From the UHGV virus genome UHGV-0219173: a DNA stretch of 48,431 nucleotides. One strand, 5' to 3'. Position numbers and translations under genes: made by a program. Origin of the DNA: a virus. This document shows positions 46,155-48,431 of the stretch, in pieces. Every line of letters begins with the position of its first letter. Position 1 is the first letter of the stretch. Below the pieces are notes generated by a model that was not told where the DNA came from, made no database searches, and saw nothing but the letters and a program-made list of their open reading frames with translations.

Positions 46155-46504
46155 CATTTGAAGAAAGAAGGTGTGAAGTGTTAGAAATTTTAATCATACC
46201 AGAAAATATGCAGCGGGGCGATAGGATACTCAATGTAATATGCAATATTGAAACAGAACCTATTGCAGAATATAGCAAGGGGCGAAAAAGGATTCGTACC
46301 CAAGGAGGGACGATATATAAGGTTATTCGTCCTGAAATACGATACTTGATGGGACATAGGGCAGATCAAGTGATTTTAGATTTTGCATTTGTGAACGCGT
46401 TGAAAAATGTAGTTGATTCAATTCTATGTAGTTCATGTGTTCCAACAGAGTTTCAGATCATAGATGACAGAAAAATTTTAAATGGTTGTATTCGACCATA
46501 TTAG
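46139..46504 (+). CDS. Hypothetical protein
   Basis: 121 aa. Confidence 0.35.
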   Translation: MYALLAFEERRCEVLEILIIPENMQRGDRILNVICNIETEPIAEYSKGRKRIRTQGGTIYKVIRPEIRYLMGHRADQVILDFAFVNALKNVVDSILCSSCVPTEFQIIDDRKILNGCIRPY

Positions 46505-46682
46505 CACTTTAAGGGAACAAAAAAAGAGCCTTACGGCTCTGCCCGACGTTTTCACTAGCGGGTGTGGAATTTCAACCACACAAGGGTCTGCTGGCGGCTT
46601 TGCGTTCCCTGTTATTTGATTCAATTATAACAGCTTTAAAGCAACTATTCAATAGCAATATTAGCATTTTAGGAGGAGGAAA

Positions 46683-47021
46683 ATGTCTGATTTTAACGAG
46701 CAGAGGATAGTCACAGCAAGAAAGGTACATAATTGCGAATTCTGCAAAAAACAAATTCAGCCAGGAGAAAGATATAGCTATGAAAGTGGAGCATTTGAGG
46801 GTGACTTTTATACACGTAAACTCTGCCCTGAATGTTTTGATATGCTTGATACGTTTTGCAAAGAGAATGGATACGGGGAATTTAGTTGGGACTGGGTAAC
46901 AGATTGGCTCCATGACCTGTATTGCCATGATTGCCCATCAAAAGAAGATTGCGATTCATTTCCACAGCAATGTGGTATAATTCGCGGCAACTTTGCAGGA
47001 ACATTTGCACGGGTAAATTAG
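46683..47021 (+). CDS. Cys-rich hypothetical protein
   Basis: Strong RBS AGGAGGAGG; CEFC...CPEC...CHDC. Confidence 0.4.
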   Translation: MSDFNEQRIVTARKVHNCEFCKKQIQPGERYSYESGAFEGDFYTRKLCPECFDMLDTFCKENGYGEFSWDWVTDWLHDLYCHDCPSKEDCDSFPQQCGIIRGNFAGTFARVN

Positions 47022-47036
47022 CATTGAGGTGACGAA

Positions 47037-47249
47037 ATGAGAAAATTAAGACTGATTAAAGTGGTCGTGCCGGAGATTGTTGCATATTTCGGCCAGGGTT
47101 CAAAACCCATGGAACCAGAATATGAGTGTTCCTGCGGAATGGGTGTGGCAGAGGAGTATAAATGCTGTCCCTACTGTGGTGCAGAACTGGCATGGGAGCA
47201 GGTTAGGAGACCATCGAAGGAATTTAGAAAACTGTTAGACAAGCTTTAA
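47037..47249 (+). CDS. Small zinc-ribbon protein
   Basis: CSCG...CCPYCG. Confidence 0.4.
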   Translation: MRKLRLIKVVVPEIVAYFGQGSKPMEPEYECSCGMGVAEEYKCCPYCGAELAWEQVRRPSKEFRKLLDKL

Positions 47250-47285
47250 AATTAACGTTTCTGGTAGAACCGGAGAAAGGATATT

Positions 47286-47555
47286 ATGAAAAAGAGTATA
47301 GATTTTTTTTACAGAGTGGCAAAAGAAGCAGGATTCGCAGAAGATGAATATGGGAACCCATCGGATTGTTATTTAAAAATTGGCTTTAACTTAAAAAAAC
47401 CAGTCAGTGCCGAAAAGATTGAGGCTGAAAGAGAAAAAACGAAAGACGATGCCTTAAAAGCTGCTGCCGAGTTCCTGAACATAGATGTTTCACTATTAAG
47501 CATAGTCTCCGAGGAAGAATATCTCACAGAAACCGAAAAAGATTTACAAAACTGA
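47286..47555 (+). CDS. Hypothetical protein
   Basis: RBS GGAGAAAGG. Confidence 0.4.
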   Translation: MKKSIDFFYRVAKEAGFAEDEYGNPSDCYLKIGFNLKKPVSAEKIEAEREKTKDDALKAAAEFLNIDVSLLSIVSEEEYLTETEKDLQN

Positions 47556-47589
47556 AATTATTATGATTTACTAAACGGAGGAACTGGCA

Positions 47590-47745
47590 GTGGATAAGAT
47601 ATTAAAAACATGCTGGTGGTACATAGTGCTTGCTTTAGTATGGCAAGGTTTGGAGCTATTAATATACCACCAGATACAGCCGCGGGTAGTTGACGACATT
47701 ATGGGACTTTTGTATTTGCCCTTTATCTACGGGGCAGTAGATTAA
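47590..47745 (+). CDS. Small hydrophobic protein (GTG start, about 52 aa)
   Basis: RBS ACGGAGGAAC; hydrophobic; not in track. Confidence 0.25.
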   Translation: MDKILKTCWWYIVLALVWQGLELLIYHQIQPRVVDDIMGLLYLPFIYGAVD

Positions 47746-47773
47746 CATTTAAATAACAAGGAGAACGGAGCAT

Positions 47774-47929
47774 ATGACTAAGCTACAAAAATCACAAATA
47801 ATATACGCTGACCTTGTATATGTCCTTAATAAGTTTGGAATTGATATTACAAGCAAAGAAATAGAGTCTGTAATAAAAGGGACTATACACAGCAGTCTGG
47901 AAAAAATAGAACAAAGTACCAACAAGTAA
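47774..47929 (+). CDS. Small hypothetical protein (51 aa)
   Basis: RBS AAGGAGAACGGAG; not in track. Confidence 0.3.
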   Translation: MTKLQKSQIIYADLVYVLNKFGIDITSKEIESVIKGTIHSSLEKIEQSTNK

Positions 47930-48036
47930 TGGAGGTAGCGGATGGAAAGAGAAATTAGATTTGCTTAATCCATAGAACTGACATTTGAGCGATTAAATTG
48001 GAGTGAATCGAAGTATTCCAAAAGGAGGTGGTACCA

Positions 48037-48431
48037 TTGGGAAAGGTGCGAACACTAAACACAAAATATGGAATAAGTAAGCATAGGTTTAAGGAATTGT
48101 ATTACTGGTGCTTGCAATACAACGAATGGAAGGACGAGTTAAAATATAAGACTGATACAGTCAAGGCTATTGAAACGCATGACATGCCAATGGGGGGCAG
48201 GGGAATGAGGAGCCCAACAGAAGAACTTGCAATGAGGAGGGCAAGGTTAGAGGAGAACTGCCGTCTTATTGAACAGACAGCAATAGAAACCGATCCGGAA
48301 TTATACCAATATATATTAAAGGCGGTTACAAATGAAGATATCACATACAGATACTTAAGCCTTATCATGGAGATACCATGTAGCCATAATACATATTATG
48401 ACCGGCGCAGGAAATTCTATTGGCTGTTGAA
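48037..48431 (+). CDS. Putative late-gene transcriptional activator (RinA/ArpU-like position), partial at the window end
   Basis: TTG 48037 after RBS AAAGGAGGTG. The ORF runs off the window end. If the contig is circular it closes in frame on bases 1-13 (..LLNEKK-stop), just upstream of terS. Confidence 0.3.
   Translation, partial: MGKVRTLNTKYGISKHRFKELYYWCLQYNEWKDELKYKTDTVKAIETHDMPMGGRGMRSPTEELAMRRARLEENCRLIEQTAIETDPELYQYILKAVTNEDITYRYLSLIMEIPCSHNTYYDRRRKFYWLL

Noticed and set aside
46546-46600. tRNA-like hairpin GGTGTGGAATTTCAACCACAC
   Set aside because: The loop is 8 nt and the stem 6 bp. There is no acceptor/D/anticodon arrangement or T-loop consensus. It is probably part of a terminator cluster.
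46572-46928. 118-aa minus-strand ORF
   Set aside because: It overlaps the plus-strand gene 46683-47021, which has an ideal RBS. The translation is low-complexity and hydrophobic.
48102-48368. 88-aa minus-strand ORF at the window end
   Set aside because: It is antisense to a plus-strand ORF with a perfect RBS (AAAGGAGGTG) that closes in frame on base 1. The translation is Ser/Leu-rich junk.
1-48431. Search for a diversity-generating retroelement, retron or CRISPR array that could explain fibre variation
   Set aside because: No reverse-transcriptase-like ORF, no template/variable repeat pair beyond the 17-bp sites, and no regularly spaced repeats were seen.

Overview
The window reads as an essentially complete, circularly permuted genome (~48.4 kb) of a temperate contractile-tailed (myovirus-type) phage, probably of a low-GC Firmicute (Clostridia or Lachnospiraceae-like). 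All calls rest on my own reading of the translations and sequence; no database search was run.

Gene order, left to right:
- Lambda-type packaging and head module, 348-8873: small and large (GpA-like) terminase, gpW, lambda-type portal, prohead protease, major capsid with an N-terminal coiled-coil delta domain, and connector proteins.
- P2/PBSX-like tail module, 8860-22296: sheath, tube, chaperone with a textbook -1 frameshift heptamer, TP901-type tape measure, LysM tail protein X, gpD-like protein, baseplate V/W/J/I, and glycine-rich fibres.
- Lysis cassette, 23281-24938: XhlA-like protein, holin, and an NlpC/P60 endolysin with cell-wall-binding repeats.
- Seven-gene small-protein island on the minus strand, 25014-27357, controlled by a divergent HTH regulator.
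- Lysogeny module: large serine integrase with a candidate attP, an inserted HicAB toxin-antitoxin pair, a CI-like HTH/S24 repressor and Cro with a consensus promoter and operator repeats.
- Replication and maintenance genes: HUH Rep-like initiator, RNase H, HNH, SSB, ParA/ParB, MazG.
- Anti-restriction set: Dam-type and a second DNA methyltransferase plus a Lar-like protein, interrupted by an IS110-family element.
- Small late-region genes, ending in a partial RinA/ArpU-like activator whose reading frame would close exactly onto base 1 if the contig is circular.

The most unusual feature is at 21982-23191. A tail-fibre N-terminal constant module is followed by three copies of a 17-bp site-like repeat (two direct, one inverted) and two convergent, homologous but divergent receptor-tip cassettes. 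One of these starts exactly in the inverted repeat. This looks like a shufflon/G-segment-style tail-fibre switching locus with no adjacent invertase.
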